From positions 480,001-544,000 of the forward strand of contig OZ241362.1 in the NCBI GenBank assembly GCA_965200315.1: a DNA stretch of 64,000 bases, written 5' to 3'. Source of the DNA: Candidatus Latescibacterota bacterium (lineage in GTDB: Bacteria; Latescibacterota; UBA2968; UBA8231). Positions 31,341-40,507 of the stretch are shown here, piece by piece. The position numbers and the translations under genes are program-made. The notes beneath the pieces are model-generated. The model did no database searches, was not told the origin of the DNA, and saw only the letters and a program-made list of their open reading frames with translations. Each line of letters opens with the position of its first letter. Position 1 is the first letter of the stretch.

Positions 31341-33150
31341 TTATGGTCTCCTCCAGTCGCCGAATAATCATCTGTTGCTGAACGCCTTCACCGACACCTT
31401 TGACGATTTCCGCAGCAACCTCGTAGAGCGCCTCGTCCTGCATGGGATTCCAAGCCAGCACCGTGCGGTCATCCTCGCGCACCAACCGCTGCACAAAGAT
31501 CGACAAGTGAGCAAAAGTGTCGTCAGTCGAAACATCGCCCAACTGATAGCCATCGCTTAGTTCCAACAGCAGGTTAAACAATTCGGCACCGAGGCGGAGC
31601 CGCTCTTCGCCCCCATCTCGATAGCGGTAAATCAGAAAGGCTTGGCGATGCAGGCGGTCAAGTCCCTCGGCTTCGGCTGGTAGATCAGCTTCAAGCCGAA
31701 AGTTGGTCAGCGGTTTCTCCACCCAGAACGCGGTTTCCGTAGGCGTGCGCGGCGTAATGCGCAGCGGGACGACATCGGGGCGATCAAGTGCTTGGGGCGG
31801 CAGGCTTTCCAAGCGGGCAATTCCATCGCACAGCTTTCGGCGAAGATCGTCGAGAGCCCCTTCGGCGACTGGGAGATGTTTGAACGCCCTATAATGCCGC
31901 GCTTGGGCCAAGCCGAGGGCGTGGGGGTCTGCGGTGAGCTTGGCAATGTCGTTTTCGGTCCATTCAAAGTAGGCCCGCCGCCGCGCCGATTTCAGCCGAG
32001 GGACATCGCCGGTAGTATCAACAGACGATGTACGCGACAGGCATCGATCAAGCTTCGGATGGGATTCAAGGGCCGGGTCAAAACGAATAAGCTCTTGCAA
32101 CACGTCCCCCTGTCGCCCCGGCGATTCCGGTGAGAAGGCACGATCCCAATAGGGCAACGGAGTGTCCTCACCGTTGTGGTAGTCGCTGCAAAAGTGAACG
32201 CCGAATAGGATATAGACCAGTGCGGCCCGCAGCTCGCGGACAGTGATGTGGGTTTCGCCGCGCAGGTGAACGGCTTGCAACATCTCAAATAAGCACTGTC
32301 GAGCGCGATCCCGCTGATCTTGCGGGGCTATGCCGGGCAGCCCTTTGGGGCCAAACAGCCGCATGGCGCGGCGAACCTCACACCGGTCTTGGGCCGAACA
32401 CGTCTCGCAAGGTTCCCAAATCTGGGGGGCCTTGTCTCTGCCGTAGAGGCTGTCTAGCAGATCTTCAAGAAAGCTAGTTTCAATGTTCGATTCGCTCGGC
32501 ACAACACTTCCAACAAGCGACCGTTGGTTGAGGCTGATGAAGCGAATATGCGATTCGGGAGCGGATTCTTCGCCGTTGAGCAGGTCGCGGAGAGCCCGTG
32601 TCAACGGCGTTTCACTCTCGACTCTCTCAATCCACTCCAAGAGACGCCCATCGTTGATCGCCAAAAGATGGACAATGTCCTCGTCGGGCGGGCCTTTTTG
32701 GAACGGCTCCAAAAATTCATCCAAAAGCTCATCGGCGGAACGGCCCTGCCACGACGCCGACCCATCGAGATTCATGCGGACGATCAGATCATCCTCCATC
32801 GGATGCTCCAAAATGCGCTCTTTGGAATCGTGGACGCCAAATCCGAGGCAACCGGCAAGGTGCTGAAGCAACGCGGTTTTCCCGTCGCCAGCGTTGCCGC
32901 ACAGGATGACGAGCCGGATTTTTCGACACACAATGTCGCCATACAGTGCCTCTTCGATACGGGTTTTAACATAGGTTCGCGCGGCGAAGTCCGTGTCGAG
33001 GCCGCGTGTCTCGCTGTTTCCCCAGCGAGAGCCGGGGTAGGATTGCAGTAGGGATTGGAGCCAATCCACCTCGTTCTCGCTGCGAACGGGCGGTTCCGCA
33101 CGCTCACTCTCGTTGACAGCCGGGCCACAGCTAATATGGGTTACTTTCAT
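31330..33150 (-). CDS. DndF/DptF-like P-loop protein (equivalent to the Mad6 C-terminal region), possibly 5'-truncated
   Basis: LVILCGNAGDGKT Walker A, LLAINDGRL, CxxC...C cluster, ITVRELR; overlaps next gene; weak RBS. Confidence 0.68.
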   Translation of the reverse strand: MKVTHISCGPAVNESERAEPPVRSENEVDWLQSLLQSYPGSRWGNSETRGLDTDFAARTYVKTRIEEALYGDIVCRKIRLVILCGNAGDGKTALLQHLAGCLGFGVHDSKERILEHPMEDDLIVRMNLDGSASWQGRSADELLDEFLEPFQKGPPDEDIVHLLAINDGRLLEWIERVESETPLTRALRDLLNGEESAPESHIRFISLNQRSLVGSVVPSESNIETSFLEDLLDSLYGRDKAPQIWEPCETCSAQDRCEVRRAMRLFGPKGLPGIAPQDQRDRARQCLFEMLQAVHLRGETHITVRELRAALVYILFGVHFCSDYHNGEDTPLPYWDRAFSPESPGRQGDVLQELIRFDPALESHPKLDRCLSRTSSVDTTGDVPRLKSARRRAYFEWTENDIAKLTADPHALGLAQARHYRAFKHLPVAEGALDDLRRKLCDGIARLESLPPQALDRPDVVPLRITPRTPTETAFWVEKPLTNFRLEADLPAEAEGLDRLHRQAFLIYRYRDGGEERLRLGAELFNLLLELSDGYQLGDVSTDDTFAHLSIFVQRLVREDDRTVLAWNPMQDEALYEVAAEIVKGVGEGVQQQMIIRRLEETINGR

Positions 33151-33195
33151 CCGTTGTCGCTTTCTATAAGCATTTGAGAAAATCCTAGCTTTCCC

Positions 33196-34206
33196 CTACC
33201 CCACGCGATACCTCTCCACGGCCTCCACGTCCAGCTCAACGCCCAGCCCGGGCGCGTCCGGCACGGCCACGAAGCCATCGACCGGCGTCAGCGCACCGCC
33301 GATTAGGTCGTTTTCGCGGGTGAAGTGCAGGCTGTCCGAGGGGATGGTGGCGTTGGGAATGGTCGCGTGGACGTGCGTGCCGTACGCGCCCGACACGCCC
33401 AACCCCAACCCCACGACCTGCAACCAGACCGGCATCCCGGCCGCCGCAGCCATGCCAGCGCAGAGCTGCGCTCGCTCGAGGTTGCCGCCCAGATTGAAGC
33501 AATCGGCCGCCTCGGCGCGGATCGCGCTCAGGACCATCTGCGGATCGCCCAAATGGGGCGCGAGCCGGATGCGGGTGTGGCGGCGAAAATCGCGGTACTG
33601 GTGCCAGCCCGGCAAGTACTGGAAGGGATCTTCAAACGCCTCGATGTTATACGGCTCCAATGCCTCGGCCAGCCGCAGGCTCGCGCTCAAATCGCCAAAA
33701 GTGAAATTCGGATCGACGATAATGCCGTAGTCCGGGCCAGCGGCTTTGGTCATCAGCTCGACGGTCTCAACGATGTTCCAAGGCCGCGCCTTGAGCTTGT
33801 GGGTCTTAAACCCCCGCTTGGCCCCTTCTTCGGCCATGGCCGCGAATTCGCGCGGCTCCAGCGGCGGCGACCACCAGCCCACCGGCACTCGGTCCCAGTG
33901 CTTGGCCCCCATCAGCTTCCACGCCGGCACCCCGAGGGCCTTGCCGACGATGTCGTATAAGGCCATGACCATCGCCCCGCCTTTGTCGCCCAAGTTGACC
34001 TGTATGGGATCGACCCCGAGCCACTCGGCCTCCAAGCTGGCCAATGAGCCGCCGCGCCCTCCTTCGCCCACTCCGTAGATCGCTTCGTCGGTATGCACCT
34101 TAATCAGGCTGATGGGCCGCTCTACGTAGTCTCCGGGACGACTCTTTTCGATGGAGGGAATGTGCGGCACTGCGGTGACAAACTCTTCGATCTGGGTGAT
34201 TTTCAT
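33196..34206 (-). CDS. Mandelate racemase/muconate lactonizing enzyme (enolase superfamily)
   Basis: ALYDIVGKALGVP, KxK (HKLK), VDPN, FEDP, VPDAPGLGVELD; AAGGGAGG RBS. Confidence 0.88.
   Translation of the reverse strand: MKITQIEEFVTAVPHIPSIEKSRPGDYVERPISLIKVHTDEAIYGVGEGGRGGSLASLEAEWLGVDPIQVNLGDKGGAMVMALYDIVGKALGVPAWKLMGAKHWDRVPVGWWSPPLEPREFAAMAEEGAKRGFKTHKLKARPWNIVETVELMTKAAGPDYGIIVDPNFTFGDLSASLRLAEALEPYNIEAFEDPFQYLPGWHQYRDFRRHTRIRLAPHLGDPQMVLSAIRAEAADCFNLGGNLERAQLCAGMAAAAGMPVWLQVVGLGLGVSGAYGTHVHATIPNATIPSDSLHFTRENDLIGGALTPVDGFVAVPDAPGLGVELDVEAVERYRVG
33269..33332 (+). repeat. Right copy of 64-bp direct repeat (inside the enolase-family CDS)
   Basis: ACGAAGCCATCGACCGGCGTCAGCGCACCGCCGATTAGGTCGTTTTCGCGGGTGAAGTGCAGGC. 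Confidence 0.92.
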
Positions 34207-34208
34207 GG

Positions 34209-35388
34209 TTACACCTCCCTTAGCCAGTCCTCGGGGATGTCGATCCCAAACCCAGGGCCTTTGGGCAGCCCGAGCAGGCCGTTTTGTGGCACGTTGGTCC
34301 CCGGCGGAATTTTGTAGTGTCGCTGCCCCGATTTTGAAGGCGTCCCGATATAGCACTCAGCCAATGGCACCCCGGGGAGGGAGCCGACAAAAAATTCGAT
34401 CAGCGGGGCATTGGGCATGGCCGCTGTCCAGTGCTGGCCATACGGGTCGTTGCCCCCGGTGTGCAGGCACATCTGGACGCCTTGCGAATCGGCGTAGTGG
34501 GCCAGTTTCATGGCCTCGGTAAAGCCACCGATCCAGTAGATATCGGCTTGGATCAAATCGACGAGCCGCTCTTGAACGGCCCGCATGCCCGGATGGCGCG
34601 TGGACCAGTGTTCGCCATCGGCCAGCGTCTGCCAAGGTACGCGCTGGCGCAGGGCGCGGAGCCCGTCCCAGTCGTGGGGCATCAGCATTTCCTCCATCCA
34701 GCGCATCCGCTGCGGCTTGAGTGCCTCGCAGAGACGCACGGCAAAGTCGAGGTCAAAGGTCATCCAGCAATCGAGCATCAAGTCGGCATCCGGGCCGATT
34801 AACTCGCGGCACTTGGCCATCAGCTCAACCGTGCCGTCGATGCCGGCTTGGCCATCAACGGGTCCGTGCGGAGCTTGAATTTTTTGAAACCCAACTCCAA
34901 GTGCCAATCGACATCGTTGCCGGTGGCATAGACTTCCATCTGGGTGCACTGCGGGCCGCCGGCCAGCCGATAGACGGGCTGGTCGAGGGTTTTGCCCCAC
35001 AGATCCCACAGCGCCAAATCGACTCCAGCGACCGCCCGCGCCGTAAGCCCTTCGTTGCCAAAGGAGAGCGTCCCCCGCCACATGCGATCGTTGCACCGGT
35101 CAATGGCCCCCACCTCCTGCCCGACGACTAGGGGCGCTAGGCACTCGGCGATGATCGGCTGGGTGGCACGAGCCAGCCAAAGGTGCCGTCCTCGGCGATG
35201 GCCTTGACCCAGAGCACCCCGCCCGGCTTGGGCATCATTCGCTCTTCGGGCGCGAATTTATCCATGGGCGTGGCCTGCCGAGGAGCCCAAAGCCACGCCT
35301 GCTCGCGCAGCGGGCGCGTCCCCTCTTCACTCGGTGGTGGAGGCAATAATTCAAAAGTTTGGATAGCAGCTATTTTCTTGGCGCACAA
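34209..35388 (-). pseudogene. L-rhamnonate dehydratase-like enolase-superfamily gene with two frameshifts
   Basis: Three consecutive frames: ...WVKAIAEDGTFG / ...VDLALWDLWGK...YATGND...KKFKL / HGPVDG...LMLDCWM...WMEE...DGEH...PKGPGFG; breaks near 35175 and 34875. Confidence 0.82.
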
Positions 35389-35401
35389 ACTCCCCGTCCT
35401 C

Positions 35402-35825
35402 TCAGTCAAGCATTGGATAGCTCTTCACCTTGATCCGTTTGACCGCGGCAACCACAAAGTTCGCATCCTGTGCCGCCTGCCGTGCATCTTCTCCATGGTA
35501 CTCGTGTTCCACAATAAAACGCTGGGGCCCGAGCTTGCGCCAGCCATAGGGAAATCTCTTCGATTCGGTCTAGTTCCAGAGTATCTACGGATTCCCGCTT
35601 CTGCCGGAGTTGCTCGGAAAACACCGGGGCAACATCGTGTACTTTGGGATAATCTACGCCCAGCACTTTCAGGCCTCCCTTCAGGGCAAGCTCGACGACT
35701 TCCTGCGAGCGCCGCACAGCCAGATTGGAGTCGGCTTCTTGCAGGGCACCTTGTACATCGCGCAGGTAGATGCGTTCGCTTTCGGCGATAAGCTGCTTGC
35801 CGATCTCTTGGAGGCTATCTTTCAT
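35402..35825 (-). pseudogene. HEPN-domain toxin with +1 frameshift near the 3' end
   Basis: AVRRSQEVVELALKG...YPKVHDV...RAPAFY; the expected tail VEHEYHGEDARQAAQDANFVVAAVKR lies one base out of frame (~35513). Confidence 0.75.
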
Positions 35826-36364
35826 AGTACCAACACCTCGTTCGGTTTCAGATCTGGTTTTAAGTACCAGTACCAGCTATTGTCGAGCCAGATTTTTCGG
35901 GCACCCAATTGCCGCAGTCTATCCTGTAATTTGTCTAAGCGATGGCGAAAAAAATGCCCTCGATCCAAGAGAATCCGCGCATCTTCAATCATGTCCAAGT
36001 AGAGCGGCAGGTTTTGGTCTGCCTCTTCTCGCGTGAGAATGACGACGCTGGGGGAAGGAAAAATGCGTTGCGCGACTAAGGCCGCCCAACAGGCTTGACG
36101 CCGCAGATGTCGCAAGATAGGCAGCAACAACTGGATCCGTTCGCGAAAAGCCGGAGGGGCTTTTTCCAGCACGAGCAACAAATCCACATCGCTTTCCGTT
36201 GTCGCGTTGCCGCGGGCTACAGACCCATAGAGGACAACGGAAAGGACCGCACTATCCAGAGCTTCTTGGACCGCGGCGACGAAGCAGTCAAGCAACGGCT
36301 TATAGGTTGAGTAGCCAAATTGGGCTGGTCGGTAGGTCTCGTCGTCGATGGGAATGGTTCTCAT
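35822..36364 (-). CDS. Minimal nucleotidyltransferase (MNT) antitoxin
   Basis: VVLYGSVARG...ESDVDLL motif; ATGA overlap with the HEPN gene. Confidence 0.88.
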   Translation of the reverse strand: MRTIPIDDETYRPAQFGYSTYKPLLDCFVAAVQEALDSAVLSVVLYGSVARGNATTESDVDLLLVLEKAPPAFRERIQLLLPILRHLRRQACWAALVAQRIFPSPSVVILTREEADQNLPLYLDMIEDARILLDRGHFFRHRLDKLQDRLRQLGARKIWLDNSWYWYLKPDLKPNEVLVL

Positions 36365-36373
36365 ATTTGCTTC

Positions 36374-37402
36374 TTACAGTTCGAGTTGGCAGCCTCGCTC
36401 AGCCGCCTCGTACGCCGCCTCGACAAAGCGCATAGCCTGCCAAGCATCGTCGCCGTTGGTGATAAAAGTACCCTGCCCCCGGCTGGCGGCGACAAAGTCG
36501 GCGATAAAACCCAATCCGGCCGCCCCACCGTACCCGGGGGCCTCGCCAACCGAGAGGTCGAATTGACGGTACTCGTCCTCGGTCCAGCCCTCGGCTTGGC
36601 TCTGGACGACGAGCCGATCGCCGCGTCCGTCCCAGTCTTGCATCACCCAAGTCGCATCCCCGGCAGTTCCCCTGAAACACAAGTAGATATCGCCGTAACG
36701 GCGCGGCAGGACATAGCCCGCGTGGAGGCTGCCGAGCGCACCGTTGTCCATGCGGAACGAAGCGGCGAGCACGTCCTCGACGTCGATGCCAGCACCGCTC
36801 AGGGTTGCCTTGTGCGCGCTGACGCCCTTGTACTCTAGGCCGCTGATATAGCGGATCAAATCGACCGTGTGGATCGCCAGCCAGTGCAGGATGCCCCCAC
36901 CCGCCTGTGCGCGGTCAAAGAGCCAGTGGTCTGGATTGCGCTGCTGGACGGTACTGGTGATCATCCGTCCCTCAATGGAGACGATGCGGCCCAAGACGCC
37001 GGCGGCGACAAGTTGACGCGCTTTGCTGGCAACCGGATGACAGCGGTTCAAAAAGGCCGTCGCCCACAAGACCTGCTTTGCGGCGGCGATTTCGTTGAGA
37101 CGAGCGATATCAGCGGCCGTGCGCGCGACCGGTTTCTCGGCAATGGTCGGTACACCAGCCTGCAAAAGCTGCGCGATGCGGTCTGGCGCTTGGTCGTTGC
37201 GCGTACATACGATGGCTAATCCCAGCTTTTCGGCCGCCAGTAGCGCGTTTAGATTGCCATACACCTGATCGACGTCAGCGCATTCTTCGGCCGCACAGAC
37301 GACCAAGCGACCCACTGCCTCGCAATGCTGTAGCGAAGTCAGCCATCCACGACTGTGGGGATTGTCCAGCCCAACGAGGGCAGCGCACACTTTATCCGTC
37401 AT
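36374..37402 (-). CDS. Gfo/Idh/MocA oxidoreductase
   Basis: IAEKP, AGGGILHWLAIHTVD. Confidence 0.88.
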   Translation of the reverse strand: MTDKVCAALVGLDNPHSRGWLTSLQHCEAVGRLVVCAAEECADVDQVYGNLNALLAAEKLGLAIVCTRNDQAPDRIAQLLQAGVPTIAEKPVARTAADIARLNEIAAAKQVLWATAFLNRCHPVASKARQLVAAGVLGRIVSIEGRMITSTVQQRNPDHWLFDRAQAGGGILHWLAIHTVDLIRYISGLEYKGVSAHKATLSGAGIDVEDVLAASFRMDNGALGSLHAGYVLPRRYGDIYLCFRGTAGDATWVMQDWDGRGDRLVVQSQAEGWTEDEYRQFDLSVGEAPGYGGAAGLGFIADFVAASRGQGTFITNGDDAWQAMRFVEAAYEAAERGCQLEL

Positions 37403-38378
37403 GGTAATCCACTACCTTTCCTTCCCGCGCCGAGCGGTAGATGTTTTCTAACAGCGCCACCGTGCGCCGCCCCTCGCGGCCATCCACCCGCAGGGCGGTC
37501 CCGTTCTCTAGGGCCGAGACCACGTCCTCGACAACGTTGGTCAGCGGATTGTCTATGGCCAGTAGCTTTTCTTCCAGCCCATCGCCAAAGACGCGCATCT
37601 CGCCCGACAGCACGGCGTCCAGCAGCACCCCCCCTTCGCTGCCGTGGACCTCGGCGCTAAAGTACGGGCTAGCCGGGAAGGTCGTCGTGCCCAAGATGCC
37701 CCCTTTGGCCCCGCTTTCAAAATTCAAGATGGCTTGGCCAATATCCTCGGTTTCAATGTCGTGGTTCATTATGGCGGTCTCGCCATAGACAGTCTTGGGC
37801 ACACCCATGAACCACAGCAGGAGATCGATCAGGTGCGACCCCTGGTTGGCCAGCGAGCCACCGCCATCCATGGCCCAAGTGCCGCGCCAGCCGCCGCCGT
37901 GTTCAAAGTACTCCTGTGGGCGAAACCACTTAAAGCGCACCTCGCCGAGAATGGGCTTGCCCAACAGGCCCTGTTTAAGGGCTTCGGCAACGCGGTAATT
38001 GTTGGCGACGTAGCGGCTTTGGTAATCGACGCCGAGCAAGAGGCCGCCCGCGTCGGCTGCGGCGATTAATTCGTCGCAGGCTTGGGTGCTGACATCCATG
38101 GGCTTGGTGGTAATTACGTGCTTGCCGGCTCTGAGCACCTCAACGCCTATGGTTGCGTGCAGCCCGCTCGGGGTCATCACCAGCACGACGTCCACATCGC
38201 TCCGCCCCAAGGCGTCTTCGAGGGCCGTACACCACGCACAACCCATTTCCTCGCCTACTTGGCGGGCCAAGCCCTCGTTGAGATCGACGACCACGCGCAG
38301 TTCGGCCCCGGCGGTCTCAGCCACTTGCCGGGCGCGATTGCGGCCCATGCCCAGCCCTACAACAGCAAATCCGATCAT
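37392..38378 (-). CDS. Gfo/Idh/MocA oxidoreductase
   Basis: VVGLGMG, TPSGLH, GKHVITTKP, WRGTWAMDGGGSLANQGSH.ID. Confidence 0.9.
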   Translation of the reverse strand: MIGFAVVGLGMGRNRARQVAETAGAELRVVVDLNEGLARQVGEEMGCAWCTALEDALGRSDVDVVLVMTPSGLHATIGVEVLRAGKHVITTKPMDVSTQACDELIAAADAGGLLLGVDYQSRYVANNYRVAEALKQGLLGKPILGEVRFKWFRPQEYFEHGGGWRGTWAMDGGGSLANQGSHLIDLLLWFMGVPKTVYGETAIMNHDIETEDIGQAILNFESGAKGGILGTTTFPASPYFSAEVHGSEGGVLLDAVLSGEMRVFGDGLEEKLLAIDNPLTNVVEDVVSALENGTALRVDGREGRRTVALLENIYRSAREGKVVDYHDG

Positions 38379-38392
38379 TTTGCTAGCTCCTT

Positions 38393-39049
38393 TTATATAG
38401 CCAATTCATTAAGGCGTCTATCTGTCAGCCTCTCAAGGCGTTTGGCCTGAGTTAGAAGTGTTTGGCGCAATCCCAACGAAACGTTCCGCTCGCTTATGAG
38501 CCTAGCCAAGCTGGCGATCGTACTGGCCCTTCTTGCTATTCTAATATCTGGATGTTGCTCCCTAGCGTAGATGTGCGCTGGTATTATCTTGGCTCGGTAC
38601 GATTTGGGTAGCTCAATTGGTTCCGTCGGCCGTATATCTTCCTCATTGAGAATCGCACCAATAGCAGATTTCTGCAGGAGCTTCTGGAACACGGTGTATT
38701 CCGCCCTGTCCATGAGGAGTTTGGCCATCCTCTTCTTTTCTGTCGTCTTTAGCGAAATATCAAAGAAGGGCCAAACTTCTACTTGTGCTACTTCTACAGG
38801 ATCGAGGACGAATTTAGCTACCGCATCACTCCTTCTCCCCGTAAGATGGCGACCAACCCGTTCTCGGATCCGTTCAACGGTCTGCCCCACATAAATGGGC
38901 TCATCCTCATAGTCGTAGAATGCGTAGATGCCACAAAGGGCATTGCCAATTTTGCGTCCTTGCGGGTCTTCGATGTCGTAAAATTTCTTTATCTCTTTTT
39001 GAATGTCCCTGACATCTTGTGGAGACGATTGCTTGATTTTTTGAGCCAT
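38393..39049 (-). CDS. GIY-YIG nuclease
   Basis: GIYAFYD...PIYVGQT...RVGRH, conserved E (RAEY) and N (ILNE); TAATG coupling to the MTase. Confidence 0.82.
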   Translation of the reverse strand: MAQKIKQSSPQDVRDIQKEIKKFYDIEDPQGRKIGNALCGIYAFYDYEDEPIYVGQTVERIRERVGRHLTGRRSDAVAKFVLDPVEVAQVEVWPFFDISLKTTEKKRMAKLLMDRAEYTVFQKLLQKSAIGAILNEEDIRPTEPIELPKSYRAKIIPAHIYAREQHPDIRIARRASTIASLARLISERNVSLGLRQTLLTQAKRLERLTDRRLNELAI

Positions 39050-40185
39050 TATACCTCTACCTTGTTCAACTCATCAACAACCGGATTGAGATAATATCGG
39101 GCTATCCACTCAATGGCTGATACGCATACGGCGTCACCAAAACCAAATAGAGCCCTGTTCCGCGGTAGGTCTGGACGGAGCGTAAATTCATCTGCTCCCA
39201 TCAGGCGGGCACATTCCCGCGGCGTAAGCAGACGGACTGCATACTTTCCGTTGCCTCCTCGAAAAAGAATCTGCCGGCCACTGCCACCCCGCGGCGTTCT
39301 CAAACATCCGGCGATACCATCGGTGCGCAGTTCGGCCATGGACCGCTTGTTCCTCACTCGGCGAAAGACCGTACCATAGGAATACTTTCTGCCAGCGATC
39401 ATTTTTTCGGCAATCGCCCGGTGCCGTTCGCTCATCTGGTTCAGCAGGTATTCTGACCGTTCCTTGTTCCACCATTCCTCGACATCGTCTGGCAAGTCTT
39501 CGAGCACGTCTTCGAGTGTTTGGTTGTTACCGGTAATTTCTGGGAGCTTCCTAATATGCCATGCCAGTTCAGGATGTGTAGCCATAAAATGGGCGAGGGC
39601 TTTAGGCCGAATTTGGCTTTCTATGAGTGCCTGTTCGAGCGGTACAGGACCCTTTTGTTCTCCCTCGACGCCCACCACAAAGAGCCTTTGCCGACTTTGC
39701 GGAACAAACCACGCCGCATTAAGGATAAAGGCATCCACCTGATAGTCTAGATCGTTCAGGGCATGTAATGCACAGCACAAGTCATCGCCTTTGTGGGAGG
39801 TCAAGAAGCCGGTGACATTTTCTAAAAGAACGATTGCGGGCCGTCGGTCGTCCATTTCTTCTAAAACCCGCACAAATCCCCAAAAGGCAGAGGACGATTT
39901 ACCGTTTAGTCCACGTCTGGCCCCGGCAATAGAGAGATCATTGCATGGAAAAGAGGCCGTAGCAAGAGTAACTGACGGCAGCCAAGCCCCTTCTACGTTG
40001 TGGATATCTCCTACGATGAAATGCTCGTCGGCATCCGCGAAGTGGGCCTTGTACATCGCATACTTTTCCTCAGCGATATCATTGGCCCAAGATATGTTCC
40101 ACCCTTGGCGTTCAAGGCCCATTCTCATCAGACCGATACCGGCAAAGAACTCGGCAAACGTTTTTTTTATAGTGATCTCGATCAC
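39049..40185 (-). CDS. DNA (cytosine-5) methyltransferase
   Basis: Motif I FAGIG, IV SFPCNDLS, VI LENV, VIII PQSRQRL, X GDAV. Confidence 0.95.
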   Translation of the reverse strand: MIEITIKKTFAEFFAGIGLMRMGLERQGWNISWANDIAEEKYAMYKAHFADADEHFIVGDIHNVEGAWLPSVTLATASFPCNDLSIAGARRGLNGKSSSAFWGFVRVLEEMDDRRPAIVLLENVTGFLTSHKGDDLCCALHALNDLDYQVDAFILNAAWFVPQSRQRLFVVGVEGEQKGPVPLEQALIESQIRPKALAHFMATHPELAWHIRKLPEITGNNQTLEDVLEDLPDDVEEWWNKERSEYLLNQMSERHRAIAEKMIAGRKYSYGTVFRRVRNKRSMAELRTDGIAGCLRTPRGGSGRQILFRGGNGKYAVRLLTPRECARLMGADEFTLRPDLPRNRALFGFGDAVCVSAIEWIARYYLNPVVDELNKVEV

Positions 40186-40220
40186 TCCTTACTTCCGTAC
40201 CTACGAAGCGAAATTCTTTA

Positions 40221-40373
40221 GAAGCCGTCTGAAAACGCCAAGTTCGGCTCCTCAAACGGCTCCAAGACCCTTGGATCGAGGGCGTCTCGCCCTCGCAAAA
40301 CGCTTAACGCCACGGCCACGGGCCAGCTCACACCAAGCACCAAGCAATCCAATGGGAGTTTTCAGACCGCCTC
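40221..40373. mobile_element. 153-bp MITE / internally deleted IS5-family (IS1031-like) element
   Basis: TIRs GAAGCCGTCTGAAAAC and GTTTTCAGACCGCCTC (14/16 match), flanked by TTA at 40218-40220 and 40374-40376; no transposase. Confidence 0.75.
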
Positions 40374-40507
40374 TTAGGCAGCCGCACGGCTTAGCTGCGA
40401 CATTCACAAAGAGATTGGCAATTCTAGGTTTCACGATAAAAGCCTTCTCTTTGTCATAATAGTACATACCAAAATCAACCCGGGCGGTTGTGCTACCTTG
40501 TCGCCCG

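Noticed and set aside
33151-33198. Enolase TAG is in frame with the DndF-like ORF via 15 open codons (possible read-through fusion)
   Set aside because: Shared frame has a 1-in-3 chance, there is no recoding signal, and the fusion makes no functional sense.
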